Shown here one piece after another: positions 47,626 through 57,301 of a DNA stretch of 64,000 nucleotides. Below the pieces are notes generated by a model that did not search any database, had not been told where the DNA came from, and saw nothing but the letters and a program-made list of their open reading frames with translations. This DNA comes from an uncultured Acidimicrobiia bacterium (GTDB lineage: Bacteria; Actinomycetota; Acidimicrobiia; Spongiisociales; UBA5794): contig CAWBVU010000005.1 of NCBI GenBank assembly GCA_963792405.1, positions 113,472 through 177,471 of the forward strand, read 5' to 3'. Position 1 is the stretch's first letter, and each line of letters starts with the position of its first letter. The position numbers were made by a program, and so were the translations under genes.

Positions 47626-47836
47626 CATGCTGTTGTTCGCAGGCGCCATGAGAGCAGCAAGGGTCGCAGCGGAGCAGAAGCGCCGTCGTGCCCGCGCTCC
47701 CAGGGGCGTCACATCCGATCGGCGGGACGGCCGCGAGCGGCGCTGAATCGCCCGGGAGAGCGAACGAGGCCCATCGCTGGGACGTTCGACGCGCACAACA
47801 CGCTGAAGCGACCCGCACGCCGTTAGCGTCGACGCG

Positions 47837-48718
47837 ATGCGCAACCGTGTCGTCCTCGCCGTCGTGGGTGCCGCGCTCGGCTGGGGCCTCGCAGGCGTCG
47901 GGACCCGGGCCGCCTACGAGCTGGGGGCCACCACACTGACCGTGCTGACGATCCGCACGGTCGTCGCGACAGTCGCCCTGTCGGCCTTCATGGCCGTCAC
48001 ACGGGTCTGGCCATCGCGCCTCGCATGGCGCCACGGCGCCACCATCGGTGTGTTCCGCATCGGCATCGCACCCCTGTTGTTCATGGGATCGCTCAACTAC
48101 ATCTCGGCGGGCGTCGAAGGCCTCGTGATCACGCTCGTCCCGGCGGCGACCGCACTGATGGCCGCCGCCCTCATCGACGAGCGCATCTCAGCACGCCAGG
48201 TCATCGGGCTCGCCGTCGGGCTCGCCGGCACCACCCTCATCGCGCTGGCTGGCGAGAGTGGCCTCGGCGCGGACGGCAACGTCGTCGCGGGTTTCCTCCT
48301 CGCAGGAGGCGGGGTGCTGTTCGGATCGCTGTCCGGTGTGATCCAGCGCAAGTACGCGCCGCTGCACGACACGGCCGAGCTCGCCCTCCCGATGTTCGGC
48401 GCAGGGCTCGCCGTCGCCATGACGGCATCGATCTTCATCGACCTGGATGCCGTTGGCTCGGACGAAACACGCCTCTGGACGCTGCTGATCGTCCTCGGCC
48501 TCGGCTCGACCCTCCTTCCCTTCGGGCTCACCCTCTACGCCTCCAAACACGCCTCGGCGACGATCGTCGCGACAACGGGATATCTCGCACCCCTCGTGGG
48601 TGTCGTCGGCGGCGCCCTGATCCTCGGTGAGCAGATCACACCCGTCATCGCGGTGGGCGCCGCGCTCGCGATGGTCGGGGTGGCATTGGTCGGTGGGGCG
48701 CGCCGCACCCCCACGTGA
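47837..48718 (+). CDS. EamA/DMT family transporter
   Basis: 293 aa, 10 TM, two EamA repeats. Confidence 0.85.
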   Translation: MRNRVVLAVVGAALGWGLAGVGTRAAYELGATTLTVLTIRTVVATVALSAFMAVTRVWPSRLAWRHGATIGVFRIGIAPLLFMGSLNYISAGVEGLVITLVPAATALMAAALIDERISARQVIGLAVGLAGTTLIALAGESGLGADGNVVAGFLLAGGGVLFGSLSGVIQRKYAPLHDTAELALPMFGAGLAVAMTASIFIDLDAVGSDETRLWTLLIVLGLGSTLLPFGLTLYASKHASATIVATTGYLAPLVGVVGGALILGEQITPVIAVGAALAMVGVALVGGARRTPT

Positions 48719-48767
48719 GCAGCGGAGAACGCCAACCGCCGACGTAGCCTGCTCCGTACACCTATCG

Positions 48768-49715
48768 ATGGACGTCATGGAATCGATCGACATGCGCTCG
48801 CGCATCGCGGACGCCACCGCAGGCTTGTTCGCCCATGCCGAGTACCCGCTTGCCCACTCGCTCGAGTACCCGGGAGACCCAGGGCTGTTCGGGCCCGGGT
48901 CCGCCACCTGGGAGGTGATGGGCGATGTGGCATCGTTCGTCGGTGGGATCAGGGCTCTCCTGATCCAAGCGGTCCATCCCGAAGTGGTCGCCGGTGTCGC
49001 CGATCACTCGTCGTATGAGCACGACCCCCTCGGCCGCCTCTCGCGCACGAGTTCGTACGTCACAGCGACCGCCTACGGGGCGATGCCCGAGGTCGAGGCT
49101 GCCCTGGCGGTCGTGCGCAGGGCGCACGTGCCCGTCCACGGTGAGTCCCACCGGGGTATGCGGTACTCGGCCTCGGGGCCGGAGTTCGCCGCCTGGGTCC
49201 ACAACGTGCTGATCGACTCCTTCCTCGTCGCCCATCAGGTGTTCGGACCCGCGCCGCTGTCGACCGCGCGCGCCGATGCGTTCGTCGCCGAGCAGGCCGA
49301 GCTCGGCGCGATGCTGCACTGCCGCGACCTCCCCACGACCGGCGAGGGCCTCGCGACATGGGTGTCGACCCACCCGGCGATCGCATGGTCACCCGGCATG
49401 GAGCAGACCGTGCGGTTCCTCAGGAGACCTCCACTCCCCGCAGGGGTGAGCATCGGGTATCGCGTGCTCTTCCACGCGGCAGCCGCCACGATCCCCGACG
49501 ACGTCGCCTCGCTGCTCGGCGTCACGCGGTATCGAGGCGCCGTGCCATCGGGACGCAGCATGATCGCCATGTTGCGCTGGGCGATGGGATCGTCACCCTC
49601 ATGGTGGCTGGCCCTCGAACGCATGGGCGCGCCCAAGCCCCCGGACGTCAGGTTCCGGCGTCCGCCGAATGCGAGCGGCGCAGAGCAACGCTGGAAGGCG
49701 TCAGCCAACCGCTGA
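48768..49715 (+). CDS. oxygenase MpaB (DUF2236) family protein
   Basis: From ATG 48768. GGIRALLIQAVHPEVVAGVADHSSYEHDPLGRLSRTSSYV is typical of DUF2236. The upstream part of the ORF overlaps the EamA gene. Confidence 0.75.
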   Translation: MDVMESIDMRSRIADATAGLFAHAEYPLAHSLEYPGDPGLFGPGSATWEVMGDVASFVGGIRALLIQAVHPEVVAGVADHSSYEHDPLGRLSRTSSYVTATAYGAMPEVEAALAVVRRAHVPVHGESHRGMRYSASGPEFAAWVHNVLIDSFLVAHQVFGPAPLSTARADAFVAEQAELGAMLHCRDLPTTGEGLATWVSTHPAIAWSPGMEQTVRFLRRPPLPAGVSIGYRVLFHAAAATIPDDVASLLGVTRYRGAVPSGRSMIAMLRWAMGSSPSWWLALERMGAPKPPDVRFRRPPNASGAEQRWKASANR

Positions 49716-49767
49716 CGGGCCCCGGTCGGGCTTCGCGTGTGGCACTGCCGAACGCGTGTCGCCGGCG

Positions 49768-50970
49768 TCAGTCGCCTGCTGAGCTCCACGCCTCCCGCAG
49801 CGACACCTTGCCACCCGTCCGCAGCGCCGCTCCGCGGTACACGCGTGCGCCGATGCGCACGAGCACCACGATCATCAGGATCACGAGACCCACGGCGAGG
49901 ACGATCTCCCACCACTCGATCGTGCCGGTGTTGATGCGGAACGGCATCACGACCGGTGACCACAGCGGGAAGAACGATGCGAACCTCACCAGCGTCGATG
50001 GCTCACCCCCTGTGCTCGCAGTGATCGTCACGAGGAAGTAGGCGGGCATGATGAGGATCGCGGGGATGAAGGCGACGGACTGCATGTCCTCCTGCCGCGA
50101 GATCGTGGCGCCGAGCGTCGCATACAGGAAGCTGTACTCGAGGTAGCCGAGGACGAACCAGATGACCAGCCAGATCACCGCCGTCACGCCGATGCTGGTG
50201 AGGTTGGGGACACCGACATCCGGCAGGGGGGCGAGCACGATCCCGACGATGACGGCGATGCCGAGCACCATGATCTGGAGCAGCCCGAGGACGCCGATGC
50301 CGAGCACCTTCCCGATCAGCAGTGACGTCGTCCTGGCCCTCGACAGGATGACCTCGACCACGCGGTTCTGCTTCTCCTCGACGATCCCCATGGCGACGAA
50401 CTGGCCGAACACCATGATCGTGGTCAGCAACACGATCGCGGCGAGGAACGACGCCACTCCCCTGGCGATCTCCTCCGGGTCCTCCGGGTCGAGCTCCTCG
50501 ATCGTGACCTGGACCGGGGCGACGATCGCGGCGACCTCCTCGTCGGAGAGCCCGAGCATGTCCGCGATCTCCCTTCGCACGGCTGAATTCGCCGCAGACG
50601 ACAGGATCGTGGTGAGGGTGGGCGACGGCGTGTCCCTGGCCACGATGACCGAACCATCGATCATCACGACATCGGCACCGCCGTCTTCCACGGCGCGCCT
50701 CGCGGCGTCCGCCGACGAGTACTCCGTGACGACGGCGTCGACCTCGAGGGCGGCCGCAGCCGCTTCGATGTCGGTGACGAGACCCTCCGGCGAGTCCCCG
50801 CCGACACCGATGGTGACCGCCGAGGATTCGCCCGCCACGAAGGACAGGAGCATGATCCCGCCGACGATGAGCAGGCCGAGCACGGCCATCGTGGTGAGGA
50901 AGACCTTGCTGCGTGCACGCTCGACGAATTCCCTGCGGGCGATGATCACGATCTGGGCGATGTCGCTCAC
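49768..50970 (-). CDS. ABC-2 type exporter permease (NatB/YhaP-like)
   Basis: 400 aa. N-terminal TM, large extracytoplasmic loop, then 5 C-terminal TM. 4-nt overlap with the ATPase gene. Confidence 0.85.
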   Translation of the reverse strand: MSDIAQIVIIARREFVERARSKVFLTTMAVLGLLIVGGIMLLSFVAGESSAVTIGVGGDSPEGLVTDIEAAAAALEVDAVVTEYSSADAARRAVEDGGADVVMIDGSVIVARDTPSPTLTTILSSAANSAVRREIADMLGLSDEEVAAIVAPVQVTIEELDPEDPEEIARGVASFLAAIVLLTTIMVFGQFVAMGIVEEKQNRVVEVILSRARTTSLLIGKVLGIGVLGLLQIMVLGIAVIVGIVLAPLPDVGVPNLTSIGVTAVIWLVIWFVLGYLEYSFLYATLGATISRQEDMQSVAFIPAILIMPAYFLVTITASTGGEPSTLVRFASFFPLWSPVVMPFRINTGTIEWWEIVLAVGLVILMIVVLVRIGARVYRGAALRTGGKVSLREAWSSAGD

Positions 50971-51866
50971 CGTGTCACCGCCTCGTTGAAGATGTCGGAC
51001 AGGCTCGGCGGCTCATAGGAGAACCTCGTGATCGCCCCCGCATTCGAGGCCGCGGCGAGGACGGAGGCGACGTCGACGGACGCATCGACGATGTGGTGGG
51101 GACGGGCACCCGAGTCGACGCGGTGGGCGCCCTCGCCCGGCGGATCCCAGAGCTCACCGTCGACCCACACCTCCATCCGCCGATACGACGCTCGTTCCCG
51201 CAGGTCCTCGAGGTCGCCCTGGACCACGATGCGGCCGCGATCGATGATGACCACGTCCTCGCAGATGTCCTCGACGAGATCGAGCTGATGGGAGGAGAAC
51301 AGGATCGCCGCTCCCTCCGCCGCGAAGTCCCTCAGGACCTCGGTCAGGGAGGCGACACCGATCGGATCCAGGCCGGAGAACGGCTCGTCGAGGATCAGCA
51401 CCTCCGGTCCGTGCACGATGGCGGCGGCGAGCTGGATCCGTTGCTGGTTGCCGTGGGAGAGGTCCTCGAGCTTGGACTGGGCACGGTCGGCGAGGCCGAA
51501 CTCCTCGAGCCACCGTCGTGTCGATGCCACGGCATCGTCGGCGGACATCCCCGAGAGCCTGGCGAAGTACACGAGCTGGTCGGCGACCTTCATGCGCGGA
51601 TACAGTCCTCGTTCCTCCGGCATGTAGCCGAATCGAAGCCGGACGTCCTGGCTGATGGGTGCATGGTCGTAGGTGACCGTGCCCGCATCGGGGGTGACGA
51701 GCCCGAAGATCGAGCGCATGGTGGTGGTCTTGCCTGCGCCGTTGCGGCCCAGGAATCCCTTGATCCTGCCAGGTGTCACGTCGAACGACACGTCCTCGAG
51801 GGCGATCACGTCGCCGAACCGCTTCGAGATGTCCACGATCGACAGCATCACTCCAACGGTAGTCAC
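50967..51866 (-). CDS. ABC transporter ATP-binding protein (NatA/DrrA-like)
   Basis: 299 aa. Walker A GRNGAGKTT, signature LSHGNQQR, Walker B ILILDEP. Confidence 0.92.
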   Translation of the reverse strand: MTTVGVMLSIVDISKRFGDVIALEDVSFDVTPGRIKGFLGRNGAGKTTTMRSIFGLVTPDAGTVTYDHAPISQDVRLRFGYMPEERGLYPRMKVADQLVYFARLSGMSADDAVASTRRWLEEFGLADRAQSKLEDLSHGNQQRIQLAAAIVHGPEVLILDEPFSGLDPIGVASLTEVLRDFAAEGAAILFSSHQLDLVEDICEDVVIIDRGRIVVQGDLEDLRERASYRRMEVWVDGELWDPPGEGAHRVDSGARPHHIVDASVDVASVLAAASNAGAITRFSYEPPSLSDIFNEAVTR

Positions 51867-52105
51867 CTACCGATCGGCTCAGGATCCCGATCCGAATCCT
51901 CAAGGTGACGCGTGACCCCGCCGATAGGGGAGATGGTGGGAGGCCGGCGAGGCGACTTGTTCCATAACAAGGTGATCCATTCCAAGCCAGTCACCCACCT
52001 CTCTTGGGAGCCCTCACCTCGTGGTGGGGGCTTCTCATTTCCCCAATGCGGTGGTCGAGTGGCGATCGCCGACCGAACGGCTCCACGGGCGAAACCCATG
52101 ATGCG

Positions 52106-53878
52106 TCACGACGTCGTGACGGACCCCTCCCAATCGGCGTGCATCGACGCGTAGACACCGCCACGAGCCACCAGCTCGTCATGGGTTCCATCCTCGACGA
52201 TCTCCCCATCGTCGAACACGAGGACCCGGTCCGCAGCCTCCGCCGTCGAGAGACGGTGGGCGATCGTGATCGACGTGCGGCCGCTCGTGAGGTGTTCGAT
52301 GGCCCTGCGGATCTGCACATCGAGCGCGGGATCGACGGCGGACGTCGCCTCGTCGAGCACGAGCACCGCGGGATCGGCGATCCAGGCCCGTGCGATGGCC
52401 ACCAGCTGGCGTTCGCCCGCGGAGAGATTGCTGCCTCGCTCGCCCACGTCGGTGGCGACGCCGTTCGGAAGGTCGTCGAGCCATTCGAGGAGGCCCAGGT
52501 CGGCGAAGGCCGCCCTGACCTGATCGTCCGGCACGCCCGGTCGTCCATACCGGACGTTGTCGGCGATCGAACCCTCGAACAGGAAGCCCTCCTGGGGGAC
52601 ATAGGCGATCTTCCTTCTCAGCGAGGCAAAGGAGACGGTGTCGACGTCGACACCCCCGACCTCGACACGTCCCGACGAGGGCACCAGCAGGCGCGTGGCG
52701 AGTTTGGCGAAGGTGGTCTTCCCCGAACCGGTCTCGCCGACGACGGCGACCCGCTGCCCGGGTTCGATGTCGATCGAGACCCCGGAAAGGATGTTCGGCC
52801 CATCCGGATAGGCGAACGTGACCGAGTCCATCTCCACTCCGAGGTCGCCGTCGGGCAGCGGAGGCCCATCCACGGGATCGTCGATGGTGATCGGTGTGTC
52901 GAGGATGCCGAGGATCTTCCGCAACCCCGCGGCGGCGGACTGCGCCTGGTCGATCGACTCGACCAGGCGCTGGATCGGGTCGATGAGGAGGTTGACCAGG
53001 AACAGGAAGGCCACGAGCGCACCTGCGCTCAGCCCCCACTCGCCGCCGTAGACGACACCGACGCCGACGACCAGCGCCGTCAGCGTGCCCGCGAACAGCT
53101 CGGCGCTGGAAAACAGCGACGACGCGAGGATCGCCGTTCGCACCTCGGCAGAGAACTGACGATCGAGCGACTCGTCCACCCGCTCCTTGACGACCGCCTC
53201 CATGCCGTAGGCGCGCACCGTCGGCAGGCCCGAGATGGCCTCTCCGGTCACGGCGAGCGAATCGCTCACCCGCTCCCGGACACGGTCGTGTGCCCTGCCC
53301 AGGATCCTCTGGAACACGACGATGAGGACGGTGTACATCGCGACGCCCACGACGACGACGAGCATGAGCTGCCAGCGGTAGACCGCCATCGCGACGATGG
53401 TGAGCGAGACCTGGGATACACCGAGGATCATCCCGATGCCGCCCCATTCCATGAACTGCTGGATCGTCTCGACGTCCGACGTCACCCGTGCGACGAGGGC
53501 GCCACGCCGCTCCGCCTGGAGCTCGAGGAGGGACATCCGATGGAGATGGTCGAAGGTACGGATGCGCAGCTGGGCGAGGCCTGATGCGGACGACACGACC
53601 AGCCGCTTCAGCGACAGCCACCGGGCCACCATCGCGACCGCAACCGCAACCAACGCGAGGAGGCCCTTGCGCACGACCGTACCCGGATCGATGTCGTCGG
53701 AGCCGAGGATCTCGTTGTCGATGACCTGTTGGAGTACCACAGGCACGACGATCTGGAGTGCGGTGCCCACGATCGCCAGGAGCAGGGTGGCACCGAGGCC
53801 GAGGCGCAATGCCGGGGCCACGCCGAAGGATCGCCGAAGGGCGGTGGACGTCCGCATGGGGCTCGAACCGTCGCTCAC
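52106..53878 (-). CDS. ABC exporter, fused permease/ATPase (type I, heterodimer partner B)
   Basis: 590 aa. 6 TM plus NBD (GETGSGKTT, LSAGERQ, VLVLDEATSAVD). Confidence 0.92.
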   Translation of the reverse strand: MSDGSSPMRTSTALRRSFGVAPALRLGLGATLLLAIVGTALQIVVPVVLQQVIDNEILGSDDIDPGTVVRKGLLALVAVAVAMVARWLSLKRLVVSSASGLAQLRIRTFDHLHRMSLLELQAERRGALVARVTSDVETIQQFMEWGGIGMILGVSQVSLTIVAMAVYRWQLMLVVVVGVAMYTVLIVVFQRILGRAHDRVRERVSDSLAVTGEAISGLPTVRAYGMEAVVKERVDESLDRQFSAEVRTAILASSLFSSAELFAGTLTALVVGVGVVYGGEWGLSAGALVAFLFLVNLLIDPIQRLVESIDQAQSAAAGLRKILGILDTPITIDDPVDGPPLPDGDLGVEMDSVTFAYPDGPNILSGVSIDIEPGQRVAVVGETGSGKTTFAKLATRLLVPSSGRVEVGGVDVDTVSFASLRRKIAYVPQEGFLFEGSIADNVRYGRPGVPDDQVRAAFADLGLLEWLDDLPNGVATDVGERGSNLSAGERQLVAIARAWIADPAVLVLDEATSAVDPALDVQIRRAIEHLTSGRTSITIAHRLSTAEAADRVLVFDDGEIVEDGTHDELVARGGVYASMHADWEGSVTTS

Positions 53879-55686
53879 GTCGACGCCGCCTTCTTCCGGC
53901 GCTCCGCCATGTCCTCGTCATACGCGCTCAGGAGCCTGACGTAGCCCGGTGTGGTGCGCATCAACTCGTCGTGGGTGCCCTGCGCGACGACCCGTCCCTC
54001 ATCCATGAAGACGACCTCGTCGGCGAGGGCGATGGACGATCGACGGTAGGCGACGATGACGACGGTCGAGGGCAGCTCGGACCTGCGGAGGCCCTTCAGG
54101 ATCTCGAGCTCGACGGACGGGTCGACGGCACTCGTCGCATCATCGAGGACGAGCACCCTCGGCCTGCGGACGAGGGCGCGGGCGAGGGCGACCCGCTGGC
54201 GCTGGCCTCCCGACAGGGACGTGCCGCGCTCACCGATACGCGTGTCGTACCCGTAGTCGAGCTCGTCGATGAACCGCCCGACACCTGCGAGCTCCGCTGC
54301 TGCGATGACGTCATCGCGTCCGAGGTCGGCTCCGAGGGTGATGTTGCCCTCGATGGTGTCGTCGAAGAGGAACGATTCCTGGGCGACGAACGCCACCTCG
54401 CCCGCGAGCTCGGAGCGGGCGAAGTCCCGCAGGTCCCTCCCGTCGAGGGTGATCGATCCGCTGGTCGGGTCCCACAGCCGCGCGAGCAGGCGTGCAAGCG
54501 TGGACTTCCCACTCGCCGTCGGGCCCACGATCGCGACCGTCTTGCCGCCGAGGATGCCGAGATCGACCTGGTCGAGCACGCGCTCGTGCGGCGAATAGGA
54601 GAACGAGACCTCGTCGGAGTCCATGGCCCCACCGGTGGAGTCGGACACCGCCCTCGCGGACCCGTGGGTCACGAGGTCGTCGGCATCGAGGACCTCCTGG
54701 ACCCTGCGCCACGCCGCCATCGAGTGGGCCATCTCCCAGATCACGAACCCGAGCAGCGAGATCGGCATGGTCATCAGCGACAGGAGGTACGCCACCGTGA
54801 CGAGGTCACCGGCGGACACGGCTCCTGCTGACACACGGTACGCGCCCACCATGAGGATGACGATCGTCACGATCGCTGGCATCGACTCGACGATGGCTCT
54901 GTAGGCCATCCACAAGGTGTTCACGTTGATGATCCTGTCCCTCAGACGCTCCGCCGCCACGGCGAACCGGGCCGTCTCCTCGGGACCCCGTCCGAGTGCC
55001 TTGATCGTGAGGGCACCGTCGATCGACTCATGGGCGATCTCGCTGACGACGCCTCGCTCCTCCTGCACCTCGACGAAGGGGCCGAACGTGCGGAACGCGC
55101 CCTGGATGTCGATTGCGAGGATCACCAGCAGCCCGACGAGGATGACACCCCCCAGCACGAGATCGCTCACCGCGACCAGCACGATGGTGCCGATCAGGAG
55201 CAGCAAGGAACCGGTGGCGTACGGAAATGGAGCCAGGACGAAGGTGCCCTGGTTCGTGTCGACCTCGCTCACCGACAGCAGGTCCCCGGTGGAGCGGCGA
55301 TCGTGCCACGCGAGGTCGAGCCTCATCTGATGATCGATGAGGCGCTTGCGCGCGTCGGCCCGTGTGCCGAACTGCAGCCAACCGGCGGCAGATCGCCGGA
55401 TCGTGATGCCGACGGACTTCCACACGGCGACGCCGAAGATCAGCGCCATGGCCTGCCACAGCCTGCCCTCGGTCGAGGCGCCGTCCTGCAGGACAGGGAT
55501 GATCAGGGTGTCGGTGACGCGACCGACGACGACGGCCGAGGCAACGATCGCCGACACGAACATGATCGCCCCTGTCACGGCGATGGCGAACGACCAGGGC
55601 CTTCGCCTCACGAAGCTCCAGGTGAGGGCCAGGCCACCTCCGAGGACGCCCGCGAGCGGTGGCGGAGTCGTTGCGTCGTTGCTCAC
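53875..55686 (-). CDS. ABC exporter, fused permease/ATPase (type I, heterodimer partner A)
   Basis: 603 aa. 6 TM plus NBD (GPTASGKST, LSGGQRQ, VLVLDDATSAVD). 4-nt overlap with the partner gene. Confidence 0.92.
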   Translation of the reverse strand: MSNDATTPPPLAGVLGGGLALTWSFVRRRPWSFAIAVTGAIMFVSAIVASAVVVGRVTDTLIIPVLQDGASTEGRLWQAMALIFGVAVWKSVGITIRRSAAGWLQFGTRADARKRLIDHQMRLDLAWHDRRSTGDLLSVSEVDTNQGTFVLAPFPYATGSLLLLIGTIVLVAVSDLVLGGVILVGLLVILAIDIQGAFRTFGPFVEVQEERGVVSEIAHESIDGALTIKALGRGPEETARFAVAAERLRDRIINVNTLWMAYRAIVESMPAIVTIVILMVGAYRVSAGAVSAGDLVTVAYLLSLMTMPISLLGFVIWEMAHSMAAWRRVQEVLDADDLVTHGSARAVSDSTGGAMDSDEVSFSYSPHERVLDQVDLGILGGKTVAIVGPTASGKSTLARLLARLWDPTSGSITLDGRDLRDFARSELAGEVAFVAQESFLFDDTIEGNITLGADLGRDDVIAAAELAGVGRFIDELDYGYDTRIGERGTSLSGGQRQRVALARALVRRPRVLVLDDATSAVDPSVELEILKGLRRSELPSTVVIVAYRRSSIALADEVVFMDEGRVVAQGTHDELMRTTPGYVRLLSAYDEDMAERRKKAAST

Positions 55687-55773
55687 GCAGTGATGCTACG
55701 ACGAAGGGATGAGGACCGGGCGAGGCCGATACCGGACGTCGACGACGATCCGCAGGCGGCTACCATCGCAGCC

Positions 55774-55926
55774 ATGAACACGCTCATCCTCGCTGCAGAA
55801 GCCGCAGTCGACTACGCGGGGGACGACTTCCAGGTCGTGGCCTGGGTCATGGTCGGTATCGCCCTCGTGATCACGGCCGTTGCCACCATCGTGGTCACCC
55901 CCGGACCCGATCACCACGATCACTGA
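55774..55926 (+). CDS. 50-aa single-TM small protein (tentative)
   Basis: MNTLILAAEAAVDYAGDDFQVVAWVMVGIALVITAVATIVVTPGPDHHDH. About 80 percent GC3 in an otherwise non-coding 279-nt gap. Weak SD. Confidence 0.35.
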   Translation: MNTLILAAEAAVDYAGDDFQVVAWVMVGIALVITAVATIVVTPGPDHHDH

Positions 55927-55965
55927 GCGACGTCGTCGCAACGTCGGGAGGACACCACCGCCCCC

Positions 55966-57123
55966 CTAGGGGATGAGCAGGACCCTGTCGCCGATCTCGG
56001 ACCACTCGTACAGCGCCTCGGCGTCGTCCCAGAGCTGTCGCACGCACCCGCCGGAGCGGAACGTGCCGAGCTGTGCGGGGACCTGCATCGGCTCATCACC
56101 GGGACGGACGGGAATCGAGTGGAAGCCATAGGGCCATTCGCCTCGGGCGAACCTGGTCATGAACTCCATCGTGATGCCTTCGTAGGGAGCCCATGCATAC
56201 CGTGACTTCGAGTAGACGTTGTATCTGCCCACACCCGGAATACCTCGGCGCCCGGACACCTGGTGGGTCTTGTACAGCTCGCCCGTGCCCTCGATGAGCC
56301 ACACCCTCTGCCCGCTCTCCGACATGATGATCCTGCGACCGGACCCGACGTCGGGATACGGAAGGGTGGGCTTGCGGGGCTCGACGGTCCCGGTTCTCGC
56401 CACGTACTCGGCGGACTCGGTGAACTGCACGACGACCTCGCCGCGGTGCGCGTCACCGGATGCGAGCTTCGCCTGCAGGGATGTGGCACCTCCGATACCG
56501 GGGGCCCGCCCGAGCACATCTCGGTAGAGCAGGGAGACGAGTCCCTCATCGCTGACGACCCCGTACCGTGCGACGAACTCATTGGCGTGGGTCATCGCCT
56601 CGGCGATCGTGACGAGTGGGAGGCCGTTCCAGTACCTGCCGGCCCAGTACTCGAGCTCGAAGGACGTCGGTTGGCGGTCGAACAGGCCGCAGTAGAGCCG
56701 GGCGATCGAATCCGACACCGCCCGATCCTGCCGCTCGGGCCCGGTGAAGGCGAACACGTGCACGCTCGGGATCCCGAGTCTGGATCCTCCCGAGACGGAC
56801 CCGCCCGCAGCAGAGGCGCCGGATGCCAGCCACAGGGAGGTCTCGTCGGGGAACCGGATCAGCTCGAGCGGCGCCCCCTCCGCGTCGGGATCCTCGCGGT
56901 TGAAGGCAACGTCCTCGGCGACCGGCGTTCCCGGCGTCACCGCGGCCCGTAGGGCGGTCACCTGACCCGGCGCCACGACGCACTGCTGCCCCGTGTCGGA
57001 GGCGCTGTCGTCGTTCACCGCCATCGCGGGCACGACGAAGCCGACGACGGCGCCGAGGCACGCGACGAACACCACGCCGAGCCGGGATGCAGCGGACATG
57101 CGGGGAAGCGTACCGCACTTCAT
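55966..57123 (-). CDS. secreted L,D-transpeptidase (YkuD) with DUF4214 domain
   Basis: Signal peptide MKCGTLPRMSAASRLGVVFVACLGAVVGFVVPAMA. DUF4214-like LYCGLFDRQPTSFELEYW...LYRDVLGR. YkuD catalytic HSIP...SGGCVRQ. ATG 57099 is an alternative start. Confidence 0.8.
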   Translation of the reverse strand: MKCGTLPRMSAASRLGVVFVACLGAVVGFVVPAMAVNDDSASDTGQQCVVAPGQVTALRAAVTPGTPVAEDVAFNREDPDAEGAPLELIRFPDETSLWLASGASAAGGSVSGGSRLGIPSVHVFAFTGPERQDRAVSDSIARLYCGLFDRQPTSFELEYWAGRYWNGLPLVTIAEAMTHANEFVARYGVVSDEGLVSLLYRDVLGRAPGIGGATSLQAKLASGDAHRGEVVVQFTESAEYVARTGTVEPRKPTLPYPDVGSGRRIIMSESGQRVWLIEGTGELYKTHQVSGRRGIPGVGRYNVYSKSRYAWAPYEGITMEFMTRFARGEWPYGFHSIPVRPGDEPMQVPAQLGTFRSGGCVRQLWDDAEALYEWSEIGDRVLLIP

Positions 57124-57301
57124 GGAGTCGCACGCGCACCCTCGACCGTCGACCTCACGGGATGCGGCCTGCGAGGGCTCGCGACGACCGTGGTCCGGGC
57201 CCACCCAACGCGCCCGGACCGCGTACGATGGTGTCACGTACCGACTGCACGTCGGGAGCCCGCAGTGGGACGACGATCCGGTCGGACAGGGAGGCATACG
57301 G

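Noticed and set aside
47627-47746. Second small ORF (39 aa, MLLFAGAMRAARVAAEQKRRRARAPRGVTSDRRDGRERR) starting just after the 35-aa sORF stop
   Set aside because: It has no SD of its own, its composition is Arg-rich and antisense-like, and it has no TM or other protein-like feature. It is kept only as a note in case of translational coupling.
52105-52120. 16-nt perfect palindrome GTCACGACGTCGTGAC
   Set aside because: It spans the last codons and stop of the ABC exporter gene (…VTTS stop). As a hairpin it has essentially no loop. It is most simply explained by coding sequence, although a weak terminator role cannot be excluded.
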